A DNA stretch of 63,946 nucleotides, the filler included, from Reclinomonas americana ATCC 50394 (lineage: Eukaryota): NCBI GenBank assembly GCA_048213135.1. It is 5 parts of 3 records of this genome, joined end to end, with 100 filler letters (N's around TTAATTAATTAA, not from the genome) between each part and the next. Parts side by side here need not be neighbours in the genome. Positions count along the whole stretch, not along the records: positions 34,903 to 62,367 come from PS015317.1; 4 more parts are not named here. One strand, given 5' to 3'. A model generated the notes under the pieces. The model did not search any database, was not told the origin of the DNA, and worked only from the letters and a program-made list of their open reading frames with translations. A program made the position numbers and the translations under genes. Positions 42,721-54,043 of the stretch are shown piece after piece; positions within the stretch are counted from its first letter, which is position 1, and every line of letters begins with the position of its first letter.

Positions 42721-43503
42721 GGCGCACGAGAGAAAGAGGAAGAGAGGGAAGGAGAGGGAGAGGGGGGAGGAGGGAGGAGGGAGGAGAGAGGGAGGGAGGG
42801 AGTGTGTGAGTGAGTGAGTGAGGGAGAGAGAGATAAGAGCGAAACAACTGAAATGAAATCAGTCTCGTCCCCCCTTTCTCTCTCTCAGCCTCCACTCTCA
42901 TGTGTGTGTAAGTGTGTGTGTGTGTGTGTGTGTGTGTNNNNNNNNNNNNNNNNNNNNNNNNNNNNNNNNNNNNNNNNNNNNNNNNNNNNNNNNNNNNNNN
43001 NNNNNNNNNNNNNNNNNNNNNNNNNNNNNNNNNNNNNNNNNNNNNNNNNNNNNNNNNNNNNNNNNNNNNNNNNNNNNNNNNNNNNNNNNNNNNNNNNNNN
43101 NNNNNNNNNNNNNNNNNNNNNNNNNNNNNNNNNNNNNNNNNNNNNNNNNNNNNNNNNNNNNNNNNNNNNNNNNNNNNNNNNNNNNNNNNNNNNNNNNNNN
43201 NNNNNNNNNNNNNNNNNNNNNNNNNNNNNNNNNNNNNNNNNNNNNNNNNNNNNNNNNNNNNNNNNNNNNNNNNNNNNNNNNNNNNNNNNNNNNNNNNNNN
43301 NNNNNNNNNNNNNNNNNNNNNNNNNNGAAACAACACAAACAAAGAGCACGCGTGCGTTCTCTGATGCTCTTTTGTGAGGAGAAAGAGTGTGGAAAGACGT
43401 GCGCGCGCGCGCAGAGTTTTGCGAGTGAGTGAGTGAGGGTTACCGGCCTGCGGGTCACCGTGCGGATTGTTCGCGCGTGACCCATTGCATTTTCCCGCCT
43501 TCG

Positions 43504-46500
43504 ATGACTGAGCTGCAGGAGTTGTGTCTCGATCGCTCTCTTCTCTTGCTATCGCTCTTCCTCTGCTCGTTCATCAGTTGTTCCTGTCCTCACTCGATCC
43601 CCCCTCTCTCTTCTTCTCCTCCTTCTCTTGTCATCGCTCTCTCTCTCTCTCTGTCTCGATCCTTCTCGTGCTTCCTTCTCTTGTCATCGCTCTTTCTCTG
43701 CTCTCTTCTCTCAAGACCGCTTGTTCTTGTCCTCACTCGATCTCTCTTTGTCCTCTCTCTCTCTCTCTCTCGATCCTTCTCGTGCTTCCTCCTCTTGTCT
43801 TCGCTCTTCCTCTGTCACTATCTCGCGACGATCCTTCTCGCGTTCCTTTCTTGTCTTCGCTCTTGCTCTGCTCGCCCTCCCTCTTCTTTCGCGATCAGTC
43901 ATCTTGCTGTTCTCCTCACTCGATTTCTTCACTCTTCGCCTTCTCTCATTCGATCGCTGTCAATTCTTCTCCTCTCTTGTCATCGCTTTCCTCTGCTCAC
44001 TCCTCTTCTTCTTCGCGATCCATCACTCGTTTGTGCTGTGTGATCGATCGCTCACTCCTCTCGCACTCTTCCTCCTCTCCCATTCGATCGCTTTCTTCTC
44101 TCTTGTCGCTCTTTCTCTGCTCACTCTCTCGCCGATCAGTCACTCTCGCAGTTTTCCTCACTCGCTTGTTCTTCACACTTCGCCTTCTCCCATTCTTCCT
44201 CCGCTTCCCATCGCTCTTCTCTACTCACATTCCTCTCCTCCTCTTTCCCCTCACTCTCCCCCCAGATGCGCCGTCACCTTCGAGGTCTTTGGCGTTCGTT
44301 TGCGCGGCGAATCGACACAACAGCAGCAGCGATCGCGTCGCAGCAAGCCAACAAGGCGACGGCGATCGACGACGAGTGGAGGAGGAGGAGTGTGGTCGGT
44401 GGTGTTTCGCTTGTGGGATTTCGAGGCGATTGTGGTGCCGGTCGCGATGCGTGACGATGATGATGACTGTGATGGAGAGGAGGAAGAGGAGCGGGAGTCG
44501 AGAAGGACGAGTGTGGTTCGCGAGTGTGTGCTGCGGACGACACCGGGTGAGTGGAAGGGAAGGCAAAGGAAGGGAGGAAAACAGAGCAGAGCACAAAGGA
44601 GGCGACGAAGGAACCACCTCTTCCCCACTCTGCTCCGCACTGCGCTCTGCTTCTGCTCCGCCTTCTGCGCTCTGCTTCTGGTCCGCACTGCGCGCTCTGC
44701 TTCTGCTGTGCCTTCTGCGCTCTGCTTCTGCTCCGCACTGCGCTCTGCTTCTGCTCCGCCTTCTGCGCGCTCTGCTTCTGCTCCGCCTTCTGCGCGCTCT
44801 GCTTCTGCTCCGCCTTCTGCGCGCTCTGCTTCTGCTCCGCCTTCTGCGCGCTCTGCTTCTGCTCCGCACTGCGCTCTCTGTTTCTGCTCCGCACTGCGCG
44901 CTCTGCTTCTGCTCCGCACTGCGCGCTCTGCTTCTGCTCCGCACAGCGCTGTTCCTGTCGTCCTCTCACTGATCCGCGATGCAGATCGACTCGCAACAGC
45001 ATTGCAGTCGTCACCTCCTCTTTCCGTGACTCTGGCAGTGCCCGCACCGCCCCCTGTTGCGTTGGACATGCCTTGCTGTTATTGTGATATCGTTCTCATT
45101 GATCTCTGCAGGCACGTCAAGCACTGGCAGCTTTCGCCGCCTGCACTGTCTCGCTGGTAGATCGATGGACAGAAGAGGTGTGGCACATCATCCCCTCTCT
45201 TTCTCTCTCCCTCACTCCCCTCATCCCCCTCCGTCTCCTCACAGTGTATGAGTGCCCTGTGCGATCCCTCCCGCGGGCTCGGTCGCCAGGGCACGTTTCC
45301 TCTCACCGACGCATTGGTTTGTGTGACTCGTTCTCGTCCAGAGTCGGCGATCGATCTCACACAGGGCTCGCCATCTAGGGCGCGGCCGTGGCCACGGTCT
45401 CCCTTCGCGTCTCTTTCGCACTGCTGACGCCACCCGAAGCGCCGCCGTCGCAAATGAGACATGTTGCGTCGCTGTTGATGAAGGGCTGTCGTTTCTCTTG
45501 TGAGAACTCATTTGACCTCATCGACTCGGCAGTTCGAGAGAGTGTCCACGGCGCGCGTGGTACGCGGCCCGTCGCGTCGACGACAGCGTTCGGTGCCGGC
45601 CTCTGCACGCCAGAAACGACCAAAGTCGGCGGTGAGCGACCGAGACAATGTTGTGGACCTGGCACGCTACGTTTCGCCGCCACGAGTCGCCAGTCTGTTG
45701 CCTGTTCAAGGATCGCCCAAGCAAGCCTCATCTCCTGCTGCTCCTTCTTCTCCACCGCCTCCTCCACCACCGCCTCCACCACAACCATCAGCCGCCTCCC
45801 CCCGCTGGTCGGCGTCGCCACCGCGCACTCGTTCGCGACAACCGTCGTCGCCGCCAATGCCGACGAGGTACGCCGATTTGCAAGAGGTGTTTTCGCGCGA
45901 CGAGGCCGAGGCCGACAGCTATCGGCGCATGCTGGCCTTCTCTCAAGGTCGCGACTCGCGCGACGATGACGGCAGCGACGAGCGGGACGAGGACGATGAA
46001 GAACTGAGACCATTGCAGGCACACGAGGAGCGATATGCGTGGCGACACCACATGCGCCGCCGCAAGACGCAGAGCGTGTTGAGAGTTGCGACTGCACACT
46101 GGGTGAGGAGATGATGGCGGATCTTCACTTGTTCTGATTTACTGGCGGTACACAGACCTTCAGGTCGGCGCAGACCGCACATCGAGTTGGTGGCGGCTTC
46201 CACATGCACGACTCGATGGCGTTGCGTCAATTGCCGGCCCAGGTGCAGCCGGGCAAGATCGTGCCGCCGGCCGAGGATCCACAGTCGCTGCTGCGGGTGA
46301 TGAGGATCATGTTGCGTGAGAAACGGGAAGAGTTGATGGGGGAGATGATGATGTTGACTGTCGTACATGTGTCAGGGCAACGTATCATGCGAGAACGGCA
46401 AAGATGGGTGAGTGTGCGTGGTGATTGGTGGCTGTCAATGGCGAGAATGGCTGATTGATGTGTTACAGACAAGTACTTGAACGAGCTCGCCGAAATGTAT

Positions 46501-46515
46501 GCTCCAGTGTATTGA
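43504..46515 (+). CDS. Uncharacterised protein, N-terminus possibly MAP10/KIAA1383-like; 3' end approximate
   Basis: MTELQE|CAVTFEVFGVRL...WSVVFRLWDFEAIVVP...RECVLRTTP|DRLATALQSSPPLSVTL recalls the MAP10 AVAFRLLDFPTLLV...KSCLF segment, judged from memory. Pro-rich and acidic regions follow. Confidence 0.4.
44628..44945. repeat. Intronic minisatellite, ~25-30-nt unit CTCTGCTTCTGCTCCGC(ACTG/CTTCTG)CG
   Basis: About a dozen tandem copies. Confidence 0.9.
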
Positions 46516-46949
46516 TGAGTGCGTTGGGAGCAGGGATGAGTGGTTTGTTTACGAGCCCGCAACGCAAGTCCCTTGATCGCATTGACTCCTGGACCTTCGT
46601 CCTTGGACACTTGCTCGTTGTGTCCTCTCCGCCGCAGCAGCGCATTCAGCAGCAACCATGTAGACTTTCTGACTTCTCCGACCTTGGACCACTCTCGCCT
46701 TTGACTCTTGTTCTTTGCACGCGTGCATCCATATGCATGCCTCTAGGAGATCTCACCTGGCCAACAACGCTTCGCTCTTTGCAGCAACTGTGGGCTGACT
46801 TCCCTCTCGTCCGAGGCCTTGACGTCCTCGTATGCACTCTTCCATCCAGTGACTAGTGACCACTTACACTTGCATGCATGGTCGTGGACCCTGCAGCACT
46901 TGTCTCCTTCACTTACAACGTCGAGTGTCCTTCTCCCTTCACCTCCCCA

Positions 46950-49900
46950 ATGGACACTCTCGCCGGCGCACTGACTCCCTCGGGTGGTGGAGGCCCGCCA
47001 CTGCTTTCCTTCACGCATGCTGCTCCCTCGCGCGTGCGAGTGACGTTTGGATGGGACGAGAACGTGCTGATGTTGGCGCACTCGTCGGTGCAGGCGCTCT
47101 CGTCGCTGTACATGTTGCCGGAGGAGTCGTGGGCGCTTGTGCCAGAGTCGTGCACAAGAGTGTGGCAGGTGAGGGTGGGAGAGAGGGAAAGGGAGGGAGA
47201 ATGGGGGGAGAATGGGGGGAGAATGGGGGAATACATGCATGCATTAGAACAGAATGTGTGTGTGTGCGTGTGTGTGTGTGTGTGTTGAAGAAGGCAGGGA
47301 GAAGTAGAGGCACACTTGTACACTGCATGCTCTCTCTCTCCCTCTCTCTGTCGTGAATGCATTCACTGAGTAACTGTGTGCATTGTAGAGGAGAAGTGCA
47401 GACTCAGTGCACACTGAGCTCTCTTTCTATCTGTGCATGTGCAGAGAGGACACACACACACACACACACTCTCTCTCTCTCTCTCTTGCACACAATACGC
47501 TCTCTCTCATGCACTGAGAGAGTGAGTGTGCAAGAGAGAAACGTGGACTGCTCTCTCTCTCTCTCTTTGCATCGTGTACAGTGAGGAGGAGAGAGACACA
47601 CACACACGCGCTCTCACACTCACGCCACTCTCACACTCTCATGCGCACGCTTTCTCTCTCACTCTCACATGCCTTCTGCGATGCATTCGCAAGTCTTTCT
47701 CTTTTCTCTCTCTTTTCCCCTCTCCCTTTGCCCTCCTTCTCCCTCACACACATGCACAGTCACTCTCCTGCACTTGCATCCCTCACTTCTGCCTGCATTC
47801 ACGTGCATGCGCGCGTGCGTGTGTGTTGTGTGCTGAACATGTCCGTCTTTCCTCCCTCTCTCTTTCTCTCTCTCTCGTGTTTTTCCGCACAGTTTGTGCA
47901 CCACTTGAGCGACATGTTTGGTGTGCAAGCGGCGGGTCTGAAGGCGACTTGTGTGCTGCTTGATGGAGCTCGAGTGCAGCCAGCGGAGCGCGTGCAAGTG
48001 TTTCGCGAGAATGATCGTATTTTGTGAGTGGTGATGTTGTACCTCCCCTGCTCCCTCCTCCTCCTTGCTCTCTCATGTCATGTCGTCTCATGCCCCCTCC
48101 CCTCACTGCTCTTCATCGTGCCTCTCTTGTTTCCCATTTGTATCTCTCCTTCTCACTCAATGCCCTCTTGTCTCTTGCCCTTCTTTTTCTTCCTATTCTC
48201 CTCCTGGTCCTCCTTCTCCTCCTTCGTTTCCTGTCATGTCGTCTCATGCCCTCCCCTTCTCCTGCTCCCATCCCCCTCTCCTCACTCTCCTCACTCTCCT
48301 CCTCCTCTCCTCCTTCTCCTCCTATTCTTCGCTTCACTGCTTTCTTTTGCCCTGTCGTCTCATGCACCCCTCCCCTTCTCCTCCTGCTCATTCTTCTCCT
48401 CCTCATCCTTCTCCCTTGACCTAACTCTCATGCGTTCTTGTCTCTTGCCTTTCTTTTTCTTCCTCCATTCCTCCTCGTCCTCCTCCTCCCTTCACTTCTC
48501 TCTCTTGCCCTCTTGCCTCTTCTTCTTCTCCTGCTCATCCGTCTCCTCATGCTCATCCGTCTCCTCCTCCTCCTTTTTTCCCTTCCTTGCCCTCTCATCT
48601 CTTGCCCCTTTTCCTTCCCTCTCCTCACTCTCCCTTCATCCCTTTCTTCTCCCTCGCAGAGTCCTCGTCGCACCTCTGAAGTCCCTGCGCCCTCCCGCCC
48701 GGAAGAGAACACGAGCGCTGACTGCCGCTGGTGAGCTGCTTCAAAACCCACGCTCCCCTCTCACCACCTCACCTCTTGTGCGTGTCTCAGTCGATGACGA
48801 CGATGATGATGACGAGGCGGTGCAACCCAAGGAGAAGCGAACCAAGAAGGGCGCGGAGAAGAAGAAACCCAAGAAGACGAAGAAGGACCTCAAGAAGAAG
48901 AAGAACGACAAGCGGAAAAAGGCGTCTTCCTCCTCCTCGTCTTCTTCTTCTTCATCGTCGTCGTCATCATCGTCTTCATCATCGTCGGAGGAGGAGGAGG
49001 ACGAGGAGATGGAGTCCGTGAATGACGATCGTGAAAAGGCTGTCCGCACACGCGCCCCTCTTCCACTGGCGCGTGAGGACGACGCGAAGGCGCCGAAGAC
49101 GAGCAAGAAGGCAAAGGCGAAGGAATCGGCGCCGCAGTCAGCCGCTGCGGGCGCTGATGAGCAGTCTGCGTCAGCGAAGAAACGAAAGACGCACCGCGGT
49201 CGACGAGGATCTGGCAAGGGCGCCAAGGCTCAGTCGCAGGACGGTGATCAAGTGATGGCGTCTGCAGCGGCACCTCCGGCACGAGCGCCTCAACAAAAAG
49301 TGGCGCCACCACCGCCACCACCACCACCGCCGCCGACGGAGCAACCCGCCGGCGGAAAGAAGGCCAAGCCGCTGTCAACTCCTCAGCAAGCCAGTGGACA
49401 AAAGGCCGCGGCTCCAGCGACGCCAGTGCCGGCGCCCGCGAAGCCCAGCATCAAACAGGCCACGCCCGTGCAGCCGCCACCAGCACCAGCGTCACTGAAC
49501 TCCGCCGGCAAGGCACCCCGTCCGTACGACTCGTATCCGCCTCTGCAGCGGCCTCTGATGGTTTGCGCATGTGCTGTATGCTTTAGATGTCCAACGCTCC
49601 CTTTTCATCCTTTGTCACCTCGCAGAGTGGATATCGGATTGCGTATCGCGTCGTGGAACTCAGCAAATCAAGAATGCCCTCGGTGTCGGATCACTATGTT
49701 GCGTCTTGTCCCCTCCCTGTATGGCCCCTGGCAACTGTGTCAATATTCATGCCGGCGTGCAGGAGGCTCTTGTGCTGTCGGTGAACGACGAGGAGCAGAC
49801 GGTGCGTTTGCGGCAAATCCATCCGCTGCGAGCGCCGACCTTTAGTCTGGCGTTGGAGATGGACGAGGACGGCAACCTGGTAGACGACGAGGAAGTGGAC

Positions 49901-50038
49901 GAGTATGGCGAGCCGGTGCGCCCACCGTCCCCGGAGCCCACAGTGGCGCAAGAGTTTGAGTGCGAAATCTCGGTGATGATCGACATTCGCATCATTGATC
50001 AGTCGGCGGGCTCAGTTCTATTACAATCGGCGCGATAA
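46950..50038 (+). CDS. COIL: Coilin (Cajal body scaffold)
   Basis: N-domain RVRVTF...SWALVPESCTRVWQ|FVHHLSDMFG...LLDGARVQPAERVQVFRENDRIL. Middle has Lys-rich NLS-like and poly-Ser/acidic stretches. C-terminal Tudor-like region RPYDSYPPLQRPLM|SGYRIAYRVVELSKSRMPSVSDHY|EALVLSVNDEEQTVRL. Confidence 0.85.
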
Positions 50039-50320
50039 TGGTTGTTTTTTTTTCTCTCTATAAGAAGAAAAAGGAGAGAAAGAGAGTGAGAGGAGATTGG
50101 TGGTGGAGCGAGCTCACACAGCTTCGACCGTGGAGGGAGAGAAGAAATTGTCGGCCGCCAGTGGCGATGCCAAGTCAACCTGCACGGGGGTGCGTGGTGC
50201 GGCCGCCATCATGGCGATCTGTGCGTGAAGCGTGAGCGTACTGAAAGATTTAGACATGGAGACAAGAGAGAGACGCAACTGCAGCACGGGTGGGACTCAG
50301 CAACAGATCGCATGTGGCGC

Positions 50321-52198
50321 TCAGTCGTCGCCGTCCGGGAAGGAGCACGTCGCGCATCTCATTGACCTGCGTGCAATTGAGAACTCTTCTTGCTGCGCGG
50401 CCTGCTTCAAGAGACGAACCTTGCTCATCATGCTCTTGAAGTTGTTCATCTTTTGCAAGATGCGTGCCTTACCGGCCTGGATCATTTCGTGCTGCTGGTC
50501 GAGGTTGTCAAGCAGTGCCCTGCGATCGGCCTCCCGTGTGGCGCGGTCCGACTCGGCATCGTCGAATGGGAGGAGCGACACTACTCGAAGAGTTAGTGGG
50601 AGTGCATAAACAAGCGCAAGTCTCCGGCGTGCAAAGTCAAAAAACCTGGATCGGTGCCGCACTTCTCCAGTGCGTTTTCCAGCTCGGTGATGCGCGCGTC
50701 TGCCTTGATGAGAGCCGCTTGCAATTCGTGAATCTCGTCGGCATGCGCTACCCTCATATCCGACAATTGTTCCTCGCAGTGGCGTTGAGCACGCAGGCAC
50801 TTGTCTGCGAGCACACCCTGTTAGAGGTCGAGTCGAGTACACATCTGTGGTCGGCGCACACACCTCGAGCCTCCTCGTGAGCCTTGCTGACAATCTCGGT
50901 GGCCTCTGCCAACTTGCGTTCGATTGTCGACCTGTTCTGTTGCTCCCTGTTCAACTCCGCCTGCGTTGAAGTGAAGGCGTCAGTACCTATGTGTGGAACA
51001 GACCTCTTGCAATCCCATTCTCTCTCGTTGCTGCACAAATTTCTCACTCACATCTTGCTTCTCTTTGAATGGTTCTCGATCCTCCACGTCAGTATCTACC
51101 TTACGCCACTCACTCTCCCTGCTGCCACGCATCTGTCAAGCTTGTGCCCCCAATCAGTCTCTCTCATCTGTCCCCTTCCACTCCCTCTCCTACTATCTCC
51201 CTACATTTCTCACCTTTGCTAGTCCGGTTGCTATCAATGCTACTACGTCCCCCCTCTTGATCGATTCAACTTCATCACTCCACATCTCTTGGCTTCTCAC
51301 AGTTCTCTCGATTCCTCCTTACTTTCTCCCTGCAGGTCTACTTCGCTCTTTCATCCGCTCTCACTTTTTTCTACCATGATTGAGTCCCTTCTTTCTACAG
51401 CTGTCCTCTCTCTCCGTCTCTCTCTCCGCTAATCGATCCTTCAGTCCTTCTGTTCCTCCTTCTCTCTTATCCTCTCCCTTCACCCCCCTTTTTCTCCTTC
51501 TCCCGCACCTCCAAATCGCAGACTCGCACGCGCATCTCCTTGACCGCCAGCTCCTTCTCATGTCCCAGCTGCTCCACTCGCTCCTTCAGCGTGTTGTTCT
51601 CCTCCACCACACTCTCGTGCAATCGCTTAAGCTCCGAGATGCTGCAATCACACTTTAGCATCCGTAAAGAATACTCTGGATGGAGAGCAGACGCACGCAC
51701 CCCATCATGTCAAACTTCTTCTTGGCCGCCACTGCAGCCGGTCCACTGGCCGCGACGGGCTTGGATGACTGCGGATGGCTGCGAAGAGCAGTCAGCGCCT
51801 GTCACGATAGGAGAAAAGGCCTTCACTGTGTCACTCTTCTCATTCTGTCAGTCTGTCATTGTACATGCACCTCTCTCTGTGTTTCTATGTCCCTCTTTCT
51901 CCCTTTCTCACAGAGACGCACTTTCCCCGAGTCTGCCTTGCCTTCTCTCTTACTCTCTCACCTTCTCTCGTTTCTCTCCCTCTCTCGTCTCTCTCTCCTT
52001 TTGCCTCTCTCTGACTTCAATCTCGGGATCTGCCCGTCAGCCTCAGTATTCTCATGCGCCTTCTTCCGGCCCCAGCCTGGCACCCTCTCTCTGGCTCATT
52101 CTCTATCTCCACCTTCTCTCCGTCCGACTTCCTCCTCTACTCTTAGTGTCCGCCTCCCTGTCACTGTGCCTTTCACACTCTATCTTCCTGTCTATCTG

Positions 52199-52235
<37 letters not shown>

Positions 52236-52487
52236 GTTCCTTTCTCTTTGTCTCTCCGACCCCCCTATCCAATCTCAGTATCTGCCTCCTTGTCAGTGTG
52301 CCTCCGACACTGTCTCACTGTGCGTTCCACTGTCTGTCAGCCTGCCTGCCTGTTACCTTCTCTCTCTCTCTCTNNNNNNNNNNNNNNNNNNNNCCCGTAC
52401 CTACCTACTACTACTACTCTCTCTCTCGTCGTCGTCGTCGTCCGTCCGTCCTACTCTCTCTCGTCGTCGTCGTCGTCTCGTCGTCTC

Positions 52488-52560
<73 letters not shown>

Positions 52561-52996
52561 CTTCTCCCTCCCCATCCCTTCACCTCCATCACACACACCT
52601 CTCACTATGACTCGCACTACCCGTAGGCGTCGTCGACACTGGTGCCACCACCACAGCCGCCGCCGCTGCCGCCGCCACTGTCACCGCTGCAGCAGCTGTC
52701 GCCGACGTTGGTGTCGATCCAGTCGGCGTCGTCGCCGTCATGTGCGTCTCCACCGCAGCAGGCGCCGCCTTTCCCTTCTTCGCCCCCTTCTTCCCCACAG
52801 CTGCTACTGCTGTCTGAGGAGCCGACAAAGACGAAGGCGGAGGAGGCAGCATCGAGGCACCCTCCTCCACCACCGCATGCCTGGCCGCCGATGCCGCAGT
52901 CGGCGCCAACAAGCGCGACGGAGGCGCGATCTTGCCACCAACACGAGGCGCAGAGGCAGAGGTGCCAGTGGCCTTGGGCTGCGGAAGCTTGGACAT
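50321..52996 (-). CDS. Coiled-coil protein with basic disordered N-terminus carrying SxIP-like motifs
   Basis: MSKLPQPK...PSRLLAP...|GWGRKK...GQIPRL, followed by heptad-rich exons (ELKRLHESVVEENNTLKERVEQL; ELENALEKCGTDP; LLDNLDQQHEM). Splice sites are GT-AG. Confidence 0.6.
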
Positions 52997-53088
52997 CTTT
53001 TCTCGTCGCTCAAATCGAAAACGTTGCAACGGACATCTTGTCCCGCGCAAATGTCCCGCATCAAATCCTCTCTTATCCTTGTTGCCAC
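52997..53088. promoter_or_regulatory. Putative 92-bp bidirectional promoter (coiled-coil gene / SLC33A1)
   Basis: Lies between inferred divergent ATGs at 52996 (-) and 53089 (+); contains TGTCCCGC twice. Confidence 0.5.
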
Positions 53089-54011
53089 ATGGCGACCTCG
53101 TCAGTGTCGACTGACGTGTTGTTACACGCCACTGGCATTGCGGCATCGTTTCAACCGCGTTCTCCTCGCGTTCACACACAGAGATCGCCTTCACTGAGTG
53201 CGGCCTCTCCGCGTTATGTGTCACTGGAGGAGCAGCAACAAGAAGAGTTGCTGTTGAATGGAGAAGGCGACGAGGAAGAGGCCGCTGTGACGCGCTCCAA
53301 GTCGTCGACATCGGTCAGAACAGTTGAAAGCGATCACGACGAGGCGGATGATGATGATGATGATTTCCGCCAAGAGGATGATGATGATGACGAGCGTCTG
53401 TCCAACATGTCATCGCCGCTGTTGTCAGCGACCGACCGGAAAGAGCGCGCGAGTCGAGCTTCACGGGAGAAGCGACAGCAGTTGCTGATGCAGCGGCATC
53501 ACCGACGGAGCAAGAGTCTCACTGCCATGGCACCCCCGATGCCGGCCGTGTGTCGCGTGGATGTGGAGGCGGCACATGCGGGAATGATCATGTCTTCGTC
53601 GGCTTCGTCGGCTGCGGCGGCTGGTGGATTCACGTCGCCGTTGTCGGTGGGGGAGAGCGGGGGAACGCCGAGTAGCGGTACGCCGGCGACGACGCCCACG
53701 GGACCCGGGTCGTGGGATGATCAGTTGTCGTTTTTGTTGCTGTGCTTTCTTTGTTGCGTTGGTGTGAGGGGCGATGAGGGAGAGGGGAGAGGGGGGAGGG
53801 AGAGGGAGAAGGGAGAAGGGAGAGGGAGAGGAGAGGGAGAGGGAAGGGAGAGGAGAGGGAGAGGAGAGAGAAGTGGAATGGGAGAGGGAGACAGCAGATG
53901 GCAATTAGAGACACACTTGCAGCGTCAGTGAGAGAGAGAGAGTGAACGAGAGCGAAACAAACAGCAACTAGAGACACACTTGCAGCGACAGTGAAAAAGA
54001 AAGTGACGAGA

Positions 54012-54043
<32 letters not shown>

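Noticed and set aside
52642..53088. Plus-strand ORF extension upstream of the SLC33A1 start (429-aa ORF)
   Set aside because: It is the antisense shadow of the coiled-coil gene's GC-rich exon 1 and begins at a non-ATG codon.
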